A stretch of DNA of 64,000 bases, taken from the NCBI GenBank assembly GCA_016748015.1, contig JAAOMT010000516.1, positions 62,001 to 126,000 on the forward strand, in the 5' to 3' direction. The DNA comes from Geosiphon pyriformis uo1. Taxonomy: Eukaryota; Fungi; Glomeromycota. A program made the position numbers and the translations under genes. How positions within the stretch are numbered: position 1 is the stretch's first letter; the number at the start of each line of letters is the position of its first letter. This document shows, in pieces, positions 62,978 through 64,000 of the stretch. Below the pieces are notes generated by a model. The model was not told the DNA's origin. It worked only from the letters and a program-made list of their open reading frames with translations, and did not search any database.

Positions 62978-64000
62978 AATTAAAATCTTTTAATTTTTTA
63001 TTTTTTATTAAAATAATAATAAAATATATATTTAATTTGATTTTTGGTTTTTAAAATGATTAAATATTGATTGTTTTCATTTGTTAAATTTATAATATTT
63101 ATTTATATTTTATAATTAATTTTTAAATTATATTTATATATATATATTAATATATTATATTATATTAACAAAAAACTTGAATATTCTATTAATTTGATGA
63201 TTTTTTCAGTTAATTATCTCTTGAATTTAAAGTTTTAAATTATCAAATCTATAATTAAATAGAACTTTATTAATTAATTAAAAAATTTTTAAAAACTGAA
63301 AACGAAAAATGTTATTAAACTGTCTTTATTTTTGAGCTTTTTTACAATAATTCAAATTTTTATTCAAATACTTAATAACTCTTACAGATTATAATATTTT
63401 TTTAGCTTTTAAATTATTCAAATTGTTTTTAACTAAAATAACCGAGCAGTATAATAATAAATGCAAGTTCTAAATTGTTAAAATAAAAATTTAAAAAATT
63501 TTTACTACATAATTCACTCAAAAAATACATTGTAATACTATTAGACAAATAGTTAATTTTTTAGAAAATATAAATTATAATGATGTTTTTTTTTACAATT
63601 TAAATTAAAGAAAAATTCAGAACTTTAAATTTTAATGTTAAAATAAAAATAAAAATAAAGAGTTTAAGAATCTAAAAATATAATTATTAAATTTTATAAA
63701 GCAATATAAAAATTAATCAAAAAAATAAATTTAAGATGAAATTGAACAATGAAACAAAAATTTTATTGCTTTACCAAATATTTTTTTTATGTTTTATGGT
63801 TTTTTTGGTTCTAAAAGATAATTTGACTTTAAATATAACTGTAAAATTAGCCAATAAATTAAAAACAATTAACAAATATACTTTAAATATGTTTCTTTCT
63901 TTTTAATAACTGTTCTTGTTTTTGCTATAGTTTTTAAATAATTGCTATATTTTTTATTGTCTAAATATAAGATCTTAAAATTAATTAATTTAATAATAAA

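Overview
Very AT-rich, intron-containing eukaryotic DNA. The gene families present (BTB-BACK-TLDc, TKL kinase + Sel1 repeats, expanded lipase class 3) point to a Glomeromycotina-type fungus. The LINE ORFs and lipase-3 expansion recall Geosiphon pyriformis, but that is memory-based inference, not a database result. The window has three compartments. (1) About 1-19 kb is a graveyard of C-to-T/G-to-A eroded relics: a kinase-Sel1 pseudogene, three LINE pieces, and a 5.7-kb CACTA/CMC-type DNA transposon (TIRs, 3-bp TSD) nested inside one LINE ORF1. (2) About 20.9-40.9 kb holds a disrupted BTB-BACK-TLDc gene and four intact 4-exon lipase class 3-fold genes. All four have Gly in place of the catalytic Ser (GHGVGG, GHGEGG, GHGIGG, GSGKAG), and one is flanked by long tandem-repeat arms. 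(3) About 44-62 kb is a microsatellite-rich gene desert around a single-exon bZIP transcription factor. The best candidate for an undescribed system is the cluster of secreted or anchored lipase pseudoenzymes, which share family-specific active-site substitutions. Second is the position-dependent, non-CpG transition hypermutation of repeats. Splice models and relic translations were worked out by hand, and relic boundaries are approximate.
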